This document shows positions 1 through 10,052 of a stretch of 64,000 nt of DNA, one piece after another. Each line of letters opens with the position of its first letter. Position 1 is the first letter of the stretch. The stretch comes from Verrucomicrobiota bacterium (lineage in GTDB: Bacteria > Verrucomicrobiota > Verrucomicrobiia > Opitutales > Seribacteraceae), in the NCBI GenBank assembly GCA_027622665.1, contig JAQBYT010000008.1, positions 71,382-135,381 on the forward strand, in the 5' to 3' direction. The translations under genes were made by a program, and so were the position numbers. The notes beneath the pieces were generated by a model, which searched no databases, was not told where the DNA came from, and saw only the letters and a list, made by a program, of their open reading frames with translations.

Positions 1-2133
1 CATGAAGATGGCCAGGGCTGCGAGAAGTCCGGCCCAGAATCGGTCTTCGGAGAATAGGCTGATGGGCTTACCGGACACATGAGAGCGAACCACCGCAACG
101 AAGGCTAACTCGGCAAAGACAAACCATGTCCAGATTGCCGCCACGGTGCCCGCCACTATAGGTGAGGTCCATCCTCCGACCATGGCTAGAGCAAGAACGA
201 GATAGAGTCCCAATGTGAGCAAGAGCTTGATGCCTGCTTTCCTGAGGACGGAGGGGTCGTGTCCGCCGAGTTCCGTCCAAGTGAGCTTTCCTTTCTCCTT
301 GTCGGGCTGTGTGTTGAGACTGACCACGATATGAAGCACAAAAGCGATGATGGACGCGAGGAAGGCGGCGTGAAAGAAATTCAGCTTCGGACCGAACATC
401 TCGACTATCCAAGGAATGTTGGCGAAGGTGAGTTCGTAGAGGGAAGACCAAGGCGCTCCTTGGGGCGGGGCGAAGGCAAAGGAGAAGAAGAGTCCGCTGA
501 GGATTGCGGTAATGCCTCCTGCTCCGGTCGCCCGCTTCCAGAACATTCCGACCAAGAAGGCTACCACCAAGCCGGATACCAGTTTCATCTGGTTGGCCGC
601 CACGTAGATGAAGAAAGGAGACTTGGAGTTCGGGTCCATGATCAGAATGGAGACTAGTCCGGCGATAACGATAAAGATGGCGATCCATATGCGACCGACC
701 CAAATCAGTTTCCTTTCGTCGGCGTTGGGATTGATATATTTCTTGTAGATGTCGAAGGTGATGATTGTCGCGGCGGAATTGAGCATTGAGTCGACGGTGG
801 AGAGGATTGCGCCGATCAGCCCCGCCGCGACCAGACCCAATACACCGAAACCAATGGGCTTAACGTACTGCGTGAGCAAAGTGATGAAGACGTCGTCGGA
901 AGCCACGTTCATGTTCTGTTTCTTAAACAAATAGTATGCGGCGATGCCGACCCCGATGGAAAAGAAAGGGATGAGCAACTTGAAGAAGCCGGCCGTTATA
1001 ATCCCGATGCGGGCTTCCTTGTCGGTGCGAGCCGACAAGGCTCGTTGCACGATGAACTGATTGGTACCCCAATAAAAGAAGTGAAGCACCATGAGACCGC
1101 TCAGCATGCCTGTCCAGGGGAGGCTAGGGTGGTCGCTAGGTTCGTAGAGGTGCATTTTTTGGGCATCCGCCGCTGCTGCTGCGTCCATGGCCCGCATGCC
1201 CGACCACCCCCCGACCTCGGGTAAGCCGAATACGATGAAAGCCACGGTAAGCCCACCGATCAGCATAAGGATGGACTGTATGACGTCGGTCACGATGACC
1301 GCGCGTAGCCCGCCGAATATGACGTAGGCTCCTGTCACAAGCGCCATGATGATGATGCCGAGCATGTAGTATTGGGGATCGACGTCGCCGGGAGCGATGT
1401 CCGGGTTATTCGAATTCCCTCCCTGAATCAGAACGGTGGGCGGAGTGGTCGCGTTGTACTCGGACCCGTTTGCGGAAAGAGTAATGGAGCTGACCCAACC
1501 ATCCTCGGATATGACCGCAGTGGCCTCCGCATCAACACCCTTGTAATCCTCGGGACCCTGAATGGTAACCTTCGGTGTCGATGAGTACTTTCTGCCGGGG
1601 GAAGTGATCTTTATCTCGGAGAGGGATCCATTGGTGTCGACGACCGCTTCCGCTACAGCTTTGCGGCCCGTGTCGCCCTGGAGTAGTCTGTTGACTGAAC
1701 GCGAGCCGTAGTAAAATCCGGGTACCATCTGAACGACCACCATGATGACGATCATGACGATGGCGAAAGCCATGCGACTACGGTCGTCGTAGCGTCTCCC
1801 CAAGTATTCGCTCAGGGTGTAGACGTTCATCTTTCGATAAACGGGCAGGAAACCGTAGCAAAGCAGCAGCAGTCCGGCGATGGCGGTGATCTCGAATTGA
1901 CTCTGTGCAAAGCCAACGAGGTAACCTACGCCCATCATGCCGGCGATGTGGTTGGCGGATACATTGGATCCGAATATGGAGCCTGCCACTCCCCACCATC
2001 GCGTGGTTCGACCGGCGAGGAAGTAATCCTCGGAACTTTCACCCCGTCGGCTGGCCCAGAGACCAATGCCCATGACGGCAGCGAGTGAACCAAAGAAGAT
2101 GAACAGATCGGCGGTGGAGAGGAAACTTTCCAT
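1..2133 (-). CDS. Sodium:solute symporter (SSS/SLC5 family), 3' end runs off window; carries an extracytoplasmic beta-repeat insertion
   Basis: Hand translation from ATG at 2133: MESFLSTADLFIFFGSLAAVMGIGLWASRRGESSEDYFLAGR...GGLRAVIVTDVIQ...YWGTNQFIVQRALSA...AILSTVDSMLNSAATIITFDIYKK. These are canonical SSS motifs; the frame stays open to position 1. Not in the ORF track because there is no stop in the window. Confidence 0.93.
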   Translation of the reverse strand, partial: MESFLSTADLFIFFGSLAAVMGIGLWASRRGESSEDYFLAGRTTRWWGVAGSIFGSNVSANHIAGMMGVGYLVGFAQSQFEITAIAGLLLLCYGFLPVYRKMNVYTLSEYLGRRYDDRSRMAFAIVMIVIMVVVQMVPGFYYGSRSVNRLLQGDTGRKAVAEAVVDTNGSLSEIKITSPGRKYSSTPKVTIQGPEDYKGVDAEATAVISEDGWVSSITLSANGSEYNATTPPTVLIQGGNSNNPDIAPGDVDPQYYMLGIIIMALVTGAYVIFGGLRAVIVTDVIQSILMLIGGLTVAFIVFGLPEVGGWSGMRAMDAAAAADAQKMHLYEPSDHPSLPWTGMLSGLMVLHFFYWGTNQFIVQRALSARTDKEARIGIITAGFFKLLIPFFSIGVGIAAYYLFKKQNMNVASDDVFITLLTQYVKPIGFGVLGLVAAGLIGAILSTVDSMLNSAATIITFDIYKKYINPNADERKLIWVGRIWIAIFIVIAGLVSILIMDPNSKSPFFIYVAANQMKLVSGLVVAFLVGMFWKRATGAGGITAILSGLFFSFAFAPPQGAPWSSLYELTFANIPWIVEMFGPKLNFFHAAFLASIIAFVLHIVVSLNTQPDKEKGKLTWTELGGHDPSVLRKAGIKLLLTLGLYLVLALAMVGGWTSPIVAGTVAAIWTWFVFAELAFVAVVRSHVSGKPISLFSEDRFWAGLLAALAIFM

Positions 2134-2210
2134 AATTTGCAGTGTAAACGCTGTAGTCCCTACAAGGGAAACGCAAAATTCACCTTTGAGAAGAAGCGAT
2201 GCGGAAGGCT

Positions 2211-3767
2211 TTACGCTTTTGCGCCAAGTGGGAGACGACCGCTGGCCTTGGCTTGCTCCCTAAGATAGGTCGCAGTTTCTCCAGACAGGGAAGTCAGTTG
2301 CTCGTCGGTCATTCGCCAAGACCAGTTGCCGAATGCGTGACCCGGACGATTCAATCGAGCTTGCGCGCCGAGGGAGAGTATATCCTGCATGGGGACGACA
2401 CAAAGGTTGGAGACGCTACGATAGGCCGCTCGCAAAAGATCCCACGGGACGTCTTCTCCCGAGACGCTGAGGTAACTCCGGAAGTTGCCTCGAACTTCCT
2501 CGTCGGACGATTCGTACCATCCCCTTGAGGTGTCGTTGTCATGCGTCCCCGTATAAAGAACCAAGTCATTGGACAGGTTGTGAGGCAAATAAAGATTGGC
2601 GGCATCGCCATCGAAAGCGAACTGAAGCACGGCCATTCCGGGCAGGTTCGTTGACTTGCGGAGAGCATGTACTCCGTCATTCAACAATCCGAGATCCTCC
2701 GCTAGAAAGGGGAGGGCGGGAAAACGCTTGAGTACGGCTTCGAAAAATTCGCTGCCCGGACCCGACTTCCAAACGCCTTCACGAGCGTCATCGTGGTCGG
2801 CAGGAATGCTCCAGTAATCGTGAAACCCACGAAAATGGTCGATTCTAGTGACGTCGAACAGGTCGTTTTGGGCTACCAACCGTTCCAACCACCATGTATA
2901 GCCTTCGGCTTGGTGGACAGGCCAGTCATAGAGAGGGTTTCCCCATAGTTGTCCGGTGGGGTTGAAGTAATCCGGCGGGACTCCGGCCACGGCAGTGGGC
3001 AATCCAGTGGTTATGTCTAATAGAAAAAGATCCGGACGTTGCCAAACGTCTGCACAATCGGGTGCCACGTAGATGGGAAGGTCTCCAAGCATGGATATTT
3101 TCCGAGAAGAAGCGTAGGCGCGCAGGGCTTTCCACTGACCGAAAAAGAGGTATTGTAGGAAATAATGCAGGTTTATCTCTTCCACAAGTTCTGGATCGCT
3201 CAATCGGTGACAGGCTTTGTCGAAGGTACGCAGCTCTTCGGGCCATAGCCACCATGGCCTTTTCTCATTTTCGGCCTTAAGAGCGCAAAAAAGGGCATAA
3301 GATTCGATCCATGACCTCTTTTCTGCAATGAATTCCTGATATGAGCCGTACATTGACTCAAGTTCCTCTTGATTGCTTTCGAAGCGAAGAGCGGCTTTTT
3401 TCGCCACGAGCCAAAATCTTTCGTATAAATCACCGTAATCAACGAAATCCCAAGGTAGAGCACGCAAGGCAGACAGGTCGTCTTCGTCCACCAGACCGAC
3501 CTCCAGAAGAGGATTCCAGTCTAGGAAGTATGGATTTCCCGCAAAGGACGAAAAGGATTGGTAGGGTGAATCGCCAAAGCTGGTCGGTCCGACGGGGCAT
3601 ATCTGCCAATGACCGAACCCCGCCTCCGATAGAAAGTCGATCAGTACGCGGGAAGGTTTTCCAATATTTCCAATTCCGAACTCTCCGGGGAGGGACGACA
3701 AGTGCAGAAGTAGACCAGTCGAGCGCTTCCTTAGCCAGTCAGGTATTTCGGGGAGGGATGCACCCAT
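2211..3767 (-). CDS. malQ: 4-alpha-glucanotransferase (amylomaltase, GH77)
   Basis: GLLLHLSSLP, SPYQSFSSFAGN, GQLWGNPLYDW, RIDHFRG, AEDLG, YTGTHDNDT, NWSWR motifs; start ATG 3767 chosen (ORF open to 3791). Confidence 0.95.
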   Translation of the reverse strand: MGASLPEIPDWLRKRSTGLLLHLSSLPGEFGIGNIGKPSRVLIDFLSEAGFGHWQICPVGPTSFGDSPYQSFSSFAGNPYFLDWNPLLEVGLVDEDDLSALRALPWDFVDYGDLYERFWLVAKKAALRFESNQEELESMYGSYQEFIAEKRSWIESYALFCALKAENEKRPWWLWPEELRTFDKACHRLSDPELVEEINLHYFLQYLFFGQWKALRAYASSRKISMLGDLPIYVAPDCADVWQRPDLFLLDITTGLPTAVAGVPPDYFNPTGQLWGNPLYDWPVHQAEGYTWWLERLVAQNDLFDVTRIDHFRGFHDYWSIPADHDDAREGVWKSGPGSEFFEAVLKRFPALPFLAEDLGLLNDGVHALRKSTNLPGMAVLQFAFDGDAANLYLPHNLSNDLVLYTGTHDNDTSRGWYESSDEEVRGNFRSYLSVSGEDVPWDLLRAAYRSVSNLCVVPMQDILSLGAQARLNRPGHAFGNWSWRMTDEQLTSLSGETATYLREQAKASGRLPLGAKA

Positions 3768-3950
3768 TAAAACTTCAGTTCCCAAAGCCAAAAGCGATAC
3801 GATTTACCCTGATTGGACATAATACATATTGTGCGAACCATGAACCCTTAAGCAATTATAGCACAATAACTTGCACAATTAAACAATTCGGTACTATTTC
3901 TCAAAACGATTAATATCTAGTCTTGGTTTTCGAGAAATCCGTCGATTCGT

Positions 3951-5360
3951 TTATTTCGAAAGTCCCCAATGATTGGTGAACGGATAATAGACAAATAACG
4001 CCCGACCCACGATTTGTTGTTCAGGTACGAAACCCCACATCCGACCATCCAGACTGTTTGGAGAATTGTCACCCATTGCTAAGTAGAAGTTTTGTCCGGT
4101 TGGATTTGTGGAACGATCTGTTTTCTTAGGAACGCGAAGTGGAGATTTGTTGGAAAGCAAGCCATCAGCTCGATATCCTGGATATTTTGTGGTGTTTTCC
4201 GCCTGTGGGTTTTGGGCGAGGTTTTCGACGCGCTCTCGATTCATCCTGAACGCGTCCACGCCCTCGATTGGTTTTCCGTTCCTGTACAGAATCCCGGGCG
4301 TGCCGCCGCGAAGATCTGTTCCATTCGTAAATATGGTATCGGGTACGCGGATCTCCATTTCATCGCCGGGTTCCCCGACAAGTCTCTTGATGTAGTATTT
4401 GTCTTCACCAATTGAAGATCGAGTCGGAATATCTAATTGTCTATTAACCTCGTCTATTCCCTTGGTTTTGAATACGGCGGGATCCCCGGAACTGGGGCGA
4501 ATGAAGTTGTAACTCATCCGGTCCACGAAAAGCGCATCGCCGAGCAGGATGTCAAAAGCAAGCACGACGTCGCCGGCCTTGAACGAATTTTCGCTCAGCC
4601 TTAACCTGCCTGAGTTGTACAAACCCGGCGGTTGCGGAATGATTTGCGGAAGTCCTCTCAAGTCGTCGATTCCGGCAAATTTTTTGGCCAGAATGGTATC
4701 AAGGTCGAACTCCGAGGGAACGTTCAGCACATGCTTCTTTCCGCCGATTTCAAAAACATATTCCCTAATGGGACTGGGAAATACGAAGAATTTTCCATTT
4801 GGAAAATTTTCCGTGGAAAAGCGAAAACTGCCGTTGTCTTGAAGAACCAGAACCAACTCTCCATTCGATTGAGCCTCTAGGCGATGATGAGATGCTCCAA
4901 GCGTTAATTTGTCGAGGATTCGACTCCCCATGCCCGGCAGTTCGTCATCTTCTTCGTATAGGTTGGGTTGCATCCCGTTGTAGGTAGGGTACATCGAGTT
5001 CGTGGGGATGATGAAGGGCTGAATGAAAAAACTACGGATTCCAATAACCACAATGGCAGCAACGAGCAGCATCTCGATGTTTTCGACCCAGCTTTTCTTG
5101 TGGTAATAGTCTCCTCCGCACTTGTCCGAGATCTCGTAGAGGTCTGTTGCTTTTTCTTCCAATTCTGCAGTCGTGACGGTCTTTTCACGAATCGCTTTGT
5201 CGAGTCCGACCAGTCGGTTTTCGAACTTCTCGACATCTTCGTCGGGCAATAGGTCTCGTCTGTAATCAAAGGCTTTCTGGGCCAATCTGAGGATTTCCTT
5301 AGCTCCCTTCCTCATCGATCTGGTCACGGGTTTGTTTTCTGGATTAGAAGGTTTTGTCAT
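3951..5360 (-). CDS. lepB: Signal peptidase I (long form)
   Basis: TM segment then PFIIPTNSMYPT (Ser), YYIKRLVGEPGD (Lys), MGDNSPNSLDGRMWGFVP; downstream of lepA. Confidence 0.93.
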   Translation of the reverse strand: MTKPSNPENKPVTRSMRKGAKEILRLAQKAFDYRRDLLPDEDVEKFENRLVGLDKAIREKTVTTAELEEKATDLYEISDKCGGDYYHKKSWVENIEMLLVAAIVVIGIRSFFIQPFIIPTNSMYPTYNGMQPNLYEEDDELPGMGSRILDKLTLGASHHRLEAQSNGELVLVLQDNGSFRFSTENFPNGKFFVFPSPIREYVFEIGGKKHVLNVPSEFDLDTILAKKFAGIDDLRGLPQIIPQPPGLYNSGRLRLSENSFKAGDVVLAFDILLGDALFVDRMSYNFIRPSSGDPAVFKTKGIDEVNRQLDIPTRSSIGEDKYYIKRLVGEPGDEMEIRVPDTIFTNGTDLRGGTPGILYRNGKPIEGVDAFRMNRERVENLAQNPQAENTTKYPGYRADGLLSNKSPLRVPKKTDRSTNPTGQNFYLAMGDNSPNSLDGRMWGFVPEQQIVGRALFVYYPFTNHWGLSK

Positions 5361-5386
5361 ATCAAAGTGGTATTTGCAGAAGTAGT

Positions 5387-7186
5387 TCAGTTTCCGCTCT
5401 TGAGAATTTGTACAAATGCTTCTTGCGGGATACTGACGTTGCCGATTTGCTTCATTCGCTTTTTCCCCTTTTTTTGTTTCTCGAGGAGCTTTTTCTTGCG
5501 TGAAATGTCACCGCCGTAGCATTTTGCGGTAACGTCTTTGCGCATAGCCGATATGGTTTCTCTGGCAATGATTTGTCCACCCACCGAGGCCTGCAGGGCA
5601 ACTTTAAACATTTGTCTGGGCAGAATTTCCTTCAGTTTTTCGCAAAGTACGCGCCCACGAACTTCGGCTTTTTCGCGATGAACGATTGTTGAAAAAGCAT
5701 CCACGATTTCGGAGTTCACCATGATTTCCATGCGTTGTAGGCTCGACGTCTGGTATTCCGCCATGTCGTAGTCCATGGAACCGTAACCGTGGGTGATGCT
5801 CTTGAGGCGGTCGTTGAAGTCCACCAATATTTCGTTCAAGGGCAAGGAACAGATGAGCATGACGCGGGTTTCGTCGATGGTTTCCGTATTGTTGCAGATC
5901 CCACGCTTTTCGCTCACGAGAGCGAGTATGTCCCCGATGCTGTCGTTTGGAGCCAGAATTCGAGCCAGAATCGTAGGTTCTTCGATATGGGATATTTCCG
6001 TAACTTCCGGAAGTTCCAATGGGTTGTCTATCTCCTTGAGTGTTCCATCGGTAAGGCAGACTCGATAGACGACGCTCGGATAAGTCGAGATCAAGTCCAG
6101 ATCATATTCTCGCCGCAAACGCTCCTGGATTATTTCCATGTGCAGGAGACCGAGAAACCCGCAGCGGAAACCAAAACCGAGAGCCGCAGAAGTTTCCGAC
6201 TGAAAAGTGAAGGCGGCATCGTTCAGACGCAACTTAGCAACGCTTTTCTTCAGCTTTTCGTAGTCGTTGGTATCGAGCGGATAAAGACCGCTGAACACCA
6301 TGGGCCGAACTTCCTTGTACCCCGGCAGCATTTCGGTGGCCGGATCTTGAGCGGAAGTAATGGTGTCCCCGATCTTGATGTCGGCTACGTCTCGGATACC
6401 GGTTACGATGTAGCCCACTTCGCCTTCTCTCAACTGTTCAGTAGGCACGGGCTGTGGACAAAAACGTCCGATTTCCTTTACCTCCGTCTTCCTCCCGTCA
6501 CTCATGAGCACTATAGAGGAATTTCGAGCGATACTGCCCGAAAATACGCGAACGTAACATATGACTCCCTTGTAGGAATCGTACTGGCTATCGAACACAA
6601 GCGCCCTACTCTGCTTGCTTCCCGTCCAGCGAGGTGCAGGTAAGCGCCGGACTACGGCTTCCAATATTGCCTCGACTCCCAATCCGCTTTTCCCGCTTGC
6701 GAGCAAGGCATCCTCGGCCGGAATAGCCAGAACGTCCTCAATTTGCCGAGAAACGCGATCCACGTCGGCGCTGGGCAAGTCCACCTTGTTGATGACGGGG
6801 ATGACTTTCAGACCTTGGGCATCTGCCAATTGCGCGTTGGCCAAGGTCTGAGCTTCCACTCCCTGCGAGGCGTCGACCAAAAGCAAGGCCCCTTCACAGG
6901 CAGCAAGACTCCGTGAAACTTCGTAGGAAAAATCAACGTGACCGGGTGTGTCGATGAGGTTGAAGAGGTATTCGTCTCCTTTGGCATCCCGATAGGTCAT
7001 GGAGACGGGATGACTCTTTATCGTAATACCCCGCTCCCGCTCCAAATCCATGGAATCGAGCAGCTGTTCCTTCATCTCTCTCTTCAACACCGTCTTGGTG
7101 CTTTCGAGCAGCCGATCGGACAAAGTTGTCTTGCCGTGATCGACATGAGCTATGATGCAGAAATTTCGAATCCTTTTGACGTCCAC
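5387..7186 (-). CDS. lepA: Translation elongation factor 4
   Basis: IRNFCIIAHVDHGKTTL, ERERGITIK, DTPGHVDF, GFRCGFLGLLHM, KDVTAKCYGGDISRKKKLL; GTG start at 7186 inferred. Confidence 0.97.
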   Translation of the reverse strand: MDVKRIRNFCIIAHVDHGKTTLSDRLLESTKTVLKREMKEQLLDSMDLERERGITIKSHPVSMTYRDAKGDEYLFNLIDTPGHVDFSYEVSRSLAACEGALLLVDASQGVEAQTLANAQLADAQGLKVIPVINKVDLPSADVDRVSRQIEDVLAIPAEDALLASGKSGLGVEAILEAVVRRLPAPRWTGSKQSRALVFDSQYDSYKGVICYVRVFSGSIARNSSIVLMSDGRKTEVKEIGRFCPQPVPTEQLREGEVGYIVTGIRDVADIKIGDTITSAQDPATEMLPGYKEVRPMVFSGLYPLDTNDYEKLKKSVAKLRLNDAAFTFQSETSAALGFGFRCGFLGLLHMEIIQERLRREYDLDLISTYPSVVYRVCLTDGTLKEIDNPLELPEVTEISHIEEPTILARILAPNDSIGDILALVSEKRGICNNTETIDETRVMLICSLPLNEILVDFNDRLKSITHGYGSMDYDMAEYQTSSLQRMEIMVNSEIVDAFSTIVHREKAEVRGRVLCEKLKEILPRQMFKVALQASVGGQIIARETISAMRKDVTAKCYGGDISRKKKLLEKQKKGKKRMKQIGNVSIPQEAFVQILKSGN

Positions 7187-7278
7187 TATGAAAAGAGTTG
7201 ACCAAGCAAAATTTCCTGCCGAAAAGAGCAAGACAATTGCGGGTATTAAAAAAAACTAATTTTTAAGATTTATTAAGA

Positions 7279-8169
7279 ATGGACAAGAATCGACTTAAGG
7301 GAACACACACAGCTCTCATCTCGCCGATGTTGGATGGGAAAGTGAACTTTGCCGATCTCGAGCGTCATGTCGAACGGCAAATCGCTTCCGGCATAAACGG
7401 ACTGGTGCCCTGCGGCACCACGGGGGAATCCCCTACCCTGTCATCCGAGGAACACCTACGGGTCGTGGAGGTAATCGTGAAAGCCTCGGCAGGCCGAACG
7501 CCCGTCATTGCCGGGACCGGAGCCAATTCAACCGCCGAGGCACTGCATCTTACTAAAGCTGCCGACAAAGCCGGGGCGGACGCCTTCCTCCTAGTGGCTC
7601 CCTATTACAACAAGCCGAGTCAGGAAGGCCTCCTCGCTCATTTCGGTGCTATCGCCGAAATCACAGAAAAGCCAATCGTGCTGTACTCAATTCCTTCCAG
7701 GTGTGGTATCGAGATATCCACTTCCACCGTTGCTCGTCTTTACGAAAAGCATCCGCACATCTGCGCTCTCAAGGAAGCGGGCGGACGATCCGCGAAGGTT
7801 TCGGATACCGCGGTCGCCCTCGGGTCTGACTATGTTATCCTTTCCGGCGACGATGCTCTCACCCTGCCCTTCATGGCTTGCGGCGCCTCGGGCGTAATTA
7901 GCGTCGCCTCTAACATCTACCCGGCTACAGTCGCCAAAATGGTCGACCTCGCCGAAGCCAACGACTTCGATGCTGCCCGCAAAATCCATCTCGAGTACCT
8001 TCGCGTTTTCGGCGAACTCTTCATCGAGCCGAATCCCGTCCCCGCCAAGTTCGTCATGAAGTCTTTTGGAATGATTGAGTCCGACGAAGTTCGCTTGCCC
8101 TTGTGCAACCTCCAGCCGGAAAATAGCGAGCGCCTAGCTCAGCTCGTCAAAGATTTTCCCTTGGACTAG
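7279..8169 (+). CDS. dapA: 4-hydroxy-tetrahydrodipicolinate synthase
   Basis: GTTGESPTL, PYYNKP, LYSIPSR, LKEA, SGDD, EPNPVPAK; followed by dapB. Confidence 0.96.
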   Translation: MDKNRLKGTHTALISPMLDGKVNFADLERHVERQIASGINGLVPCGTTGESPTLSSEEHLRVVEVIVKASAGRTPVIAGTGANSTAEALHLTKAADKAGADAFLLVAPYYNKPSQEGLLAHFGAIAEITEKPIVLYSIPSRCGIEISTSTVARLYEKHPHICALKEAGGRSAKVSDTAVALGSDYVILSGDDALTLPFMACGASGVISVASNIYPATVAKMVDLAEANDFDAARKIHLEYLRVFGELFIEPNPVPAKFVMKSFGMIESDEVRLPLCNLQPENSERLAQLVKDFPLD

Positions 8170-8210
8170 CAACATATCGAATTCCCGCTTATCTTTTACC
8201 TTCCTGTAAA

Positions 8211-8951
8211 ATGTCATTAAAAATCATGCTAAACGGAGCTCGGGGTCGAATGGGTCGGGCCATTGCCTCCATCGCCGACGAAAAGGATTGTCAAATCGTA
8301 GCTGGCGTCGACTTGGGCGACGACCCTGCTGCCGTAATCGATGATTGTGACGTCGTGATCGACTTCAGCTTGCAAGAGGCCACCTTGCCCGTAGCCAAGT
8401 TGACCGCCGATCGCGGCAAGCCCATCGTGATCGGCACCACCGGCCAATCCGCCGAGGATCGCGAAGCCATCACCGCCCTATCCTCTCGCATACCCATGGT
8501 CTGGGCGGGAAACTTCTCAACCGGCGTCAATCTCCTCTTCTACCTCACCCAAAAGGCGGCCGAAATCCTCGATGCCGAATCCGATTTCGATCCCGAAGTC
8601 ATAGAAATGCACCACCGTCACAAGCAGGATGCCCCGAGTGGGACGGCCGAACGCCTTTTGGACATTCTAAAGGAATCACGAAATTTGGTAGATACCGATG
8701 TCGCCCACGGTCGCCAAGGGATCACTGGCGAGCGTCCCGCTGCTCAAATCGGCTCCCATTCCCTCCGCGGGGGCGATGTTGTGGGCGATCACCTCGTCAT
8801 GTTCGCAGGAATCGGCGAACGCCTGGAACTCACCCACCGGGCGACCGACCGCGTGATTTTCGCCGCAGGAGCCCTTCGTGCCGCCAAATGGGCGGTTACT
8901 CAGCCCGCAGGTTTGTACTCCATGCAAGACGTTCTGGGACTCACCGCATGA
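8211..8951 (+). CDS. dapB: 4-hydroxy-tetrahydrodipicolinate reductase
   Basis: GARGRMG, IGTTG, EMHHRHKQDAPSGTA, RGGDVVGDH. Confidence 0.96.
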   Translation: MSLKIMLNGARGRMGRAIASIADEKDCQIVAGVDLGDDPAAVIDDCDVVIDFSLQEATLPVAKLTADRGKPIVIGTTGQSAEDREAITALSSRIPMVWAGNFSTGVNLLFYLTQKAAEILDAESDFDPEVIEMHHRHKQDAPSGTAERLLDILKESRNLVDTDVAHGRQGITGERPAAQIGSHSLRGGDVVGDHLVMFAGIGERLELTHRATDRVIFAAGALRAAKWAVTQPAGLYSMQDVLGLTA

Positions 8952-9003
8952 ACCCGCTTCCTTCGTCCCAATTATTTATTTCCTTTTTCTTAGCTTTTTT
9001 CTG

Positions 9004-9606
9004 ATGATAGCCACCATTCGCGGAATCCTCTTGGAGTGCCAAACAAACCTTGCGGTCATCGAAGTCGGAGGCATTGGCTACGAAGTAAACGTCCCGCTCA
9101 CAACCTCGGAAAAGCTTCCCGCCCTAGGCAAGGAAATCAAGCTCCACACGCATGCCTCCTATCGTGAGGACGCTCAGACCCTGTACGGTTTCGCCGATCG
9201 CGAATCTCGCGACTTCTTTCGCCTCATCGTCGACAAGGTTTCCGGCATCGGTCCCCGAATCGCGATAAACCTGCTGGGCTCGCTATCCCTTCCCACTCTC
9301 AAGAGCGCGATTGCGGCAGGAGATATCGGGCTCCTCTCCAAAGCTCCCGGTCTCGGCAAAAAGACCGCCGAGCGCATCGTGGTCGAGCTAAAGGACAAGG
9401 TGCTGCCTGCAGGCTCGATGATCGCCGCTCCCGCCGGAACCACTGCCCCACCCTCTTCGCCCGGAGCCTATCAGGACGCCCTGACCGCACTTCTTACCCT
9501 CGGATACAAGGCAACCGACGCCGACAAAGCCGTCAGGCAGGCTGCCGACGCCCTAGGCGCCGAAGTCAGTACAGAGGAACTGATCCGAAAGGCCCTCGGT
9601 CGCTAA
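9004..9606 (+). CDS. ruvA: Holliday junction branch migration protein RuvA
   Basis: MIATIRG, GGIGYEV, REDAQTLYGF, VSGIGPR, PGLGKKTAERIVVELKDK, ALLTLGY. Confidence 0.96.
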   Translation: MIATIRGILLECQTNLAVIEVGGIGYEVNVPLTTSEKLPALGKEIKLHTHASYREDAQTLYGFADRESRDFFRLIVDKVSGIGPRIAINLLGSLSLPTLKSAIAAGDIGLLSKAPGLGKKTAERIVVELKDKVLPAGSMIAAPAGTTAPPSSPGAYQDALTALLTLGYKATDADKAVRQAADALGAEVSTEELIRKALGR

Positions 9607-9709
9607 ATTCCATTTGACGAACAATTTCCCGCCCATTCTTCAGAGGAAGGCCTTTCCATGCGCTTGACTGCGAATATTCAGGGACAGGATCTGATACTGG
9701 AATTCTCGT

Positions 9710-9843
9710 GCTGGCCAAGGCTTACTCGTAGTACCCGATCGCCTTGTCGTATTCGCCCTTGCAGAAGTAGGCTGAACCGATGTTGTTGTAGTTGGTGGTG
9801 ACGGAGGGATGCTCCGCCCCAAGCGTCTTCAGAGAGATAGCCG
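9710..9843 (-). pseudogene. Isolated tetratricopeptide-repeat (TPR_12/kinesin-light-chain type) gene remnant
   Basis: AISLKTLGAEHPSVTTNYNNIGSAYFCKGEYDKAIGYYE*ALA: one typical repeat with an in-frame TAA (9722-9724) where Lys is expected; no intact start or further repeats. Confidence 0.75.
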
Positions 9844-10052
9844 AGTCTTTCAAGTTTGGATTATGTACTAGCTCGATGCAACAGTTTTGCCCACGGTGCA
9901 AACTTGGGAACTTTTTATGTCGGAGCAAATAGACTGTGAGTGAATGTGAAATCGTGGCAAAAGAGATTATTCGTCATAACTTGTTTGCTTGTGAAAGACG
10001 GGATGAAGGGAGTAGAGTCCAATAACTAACTTTTTCTTTGATTCTGTTTTTT

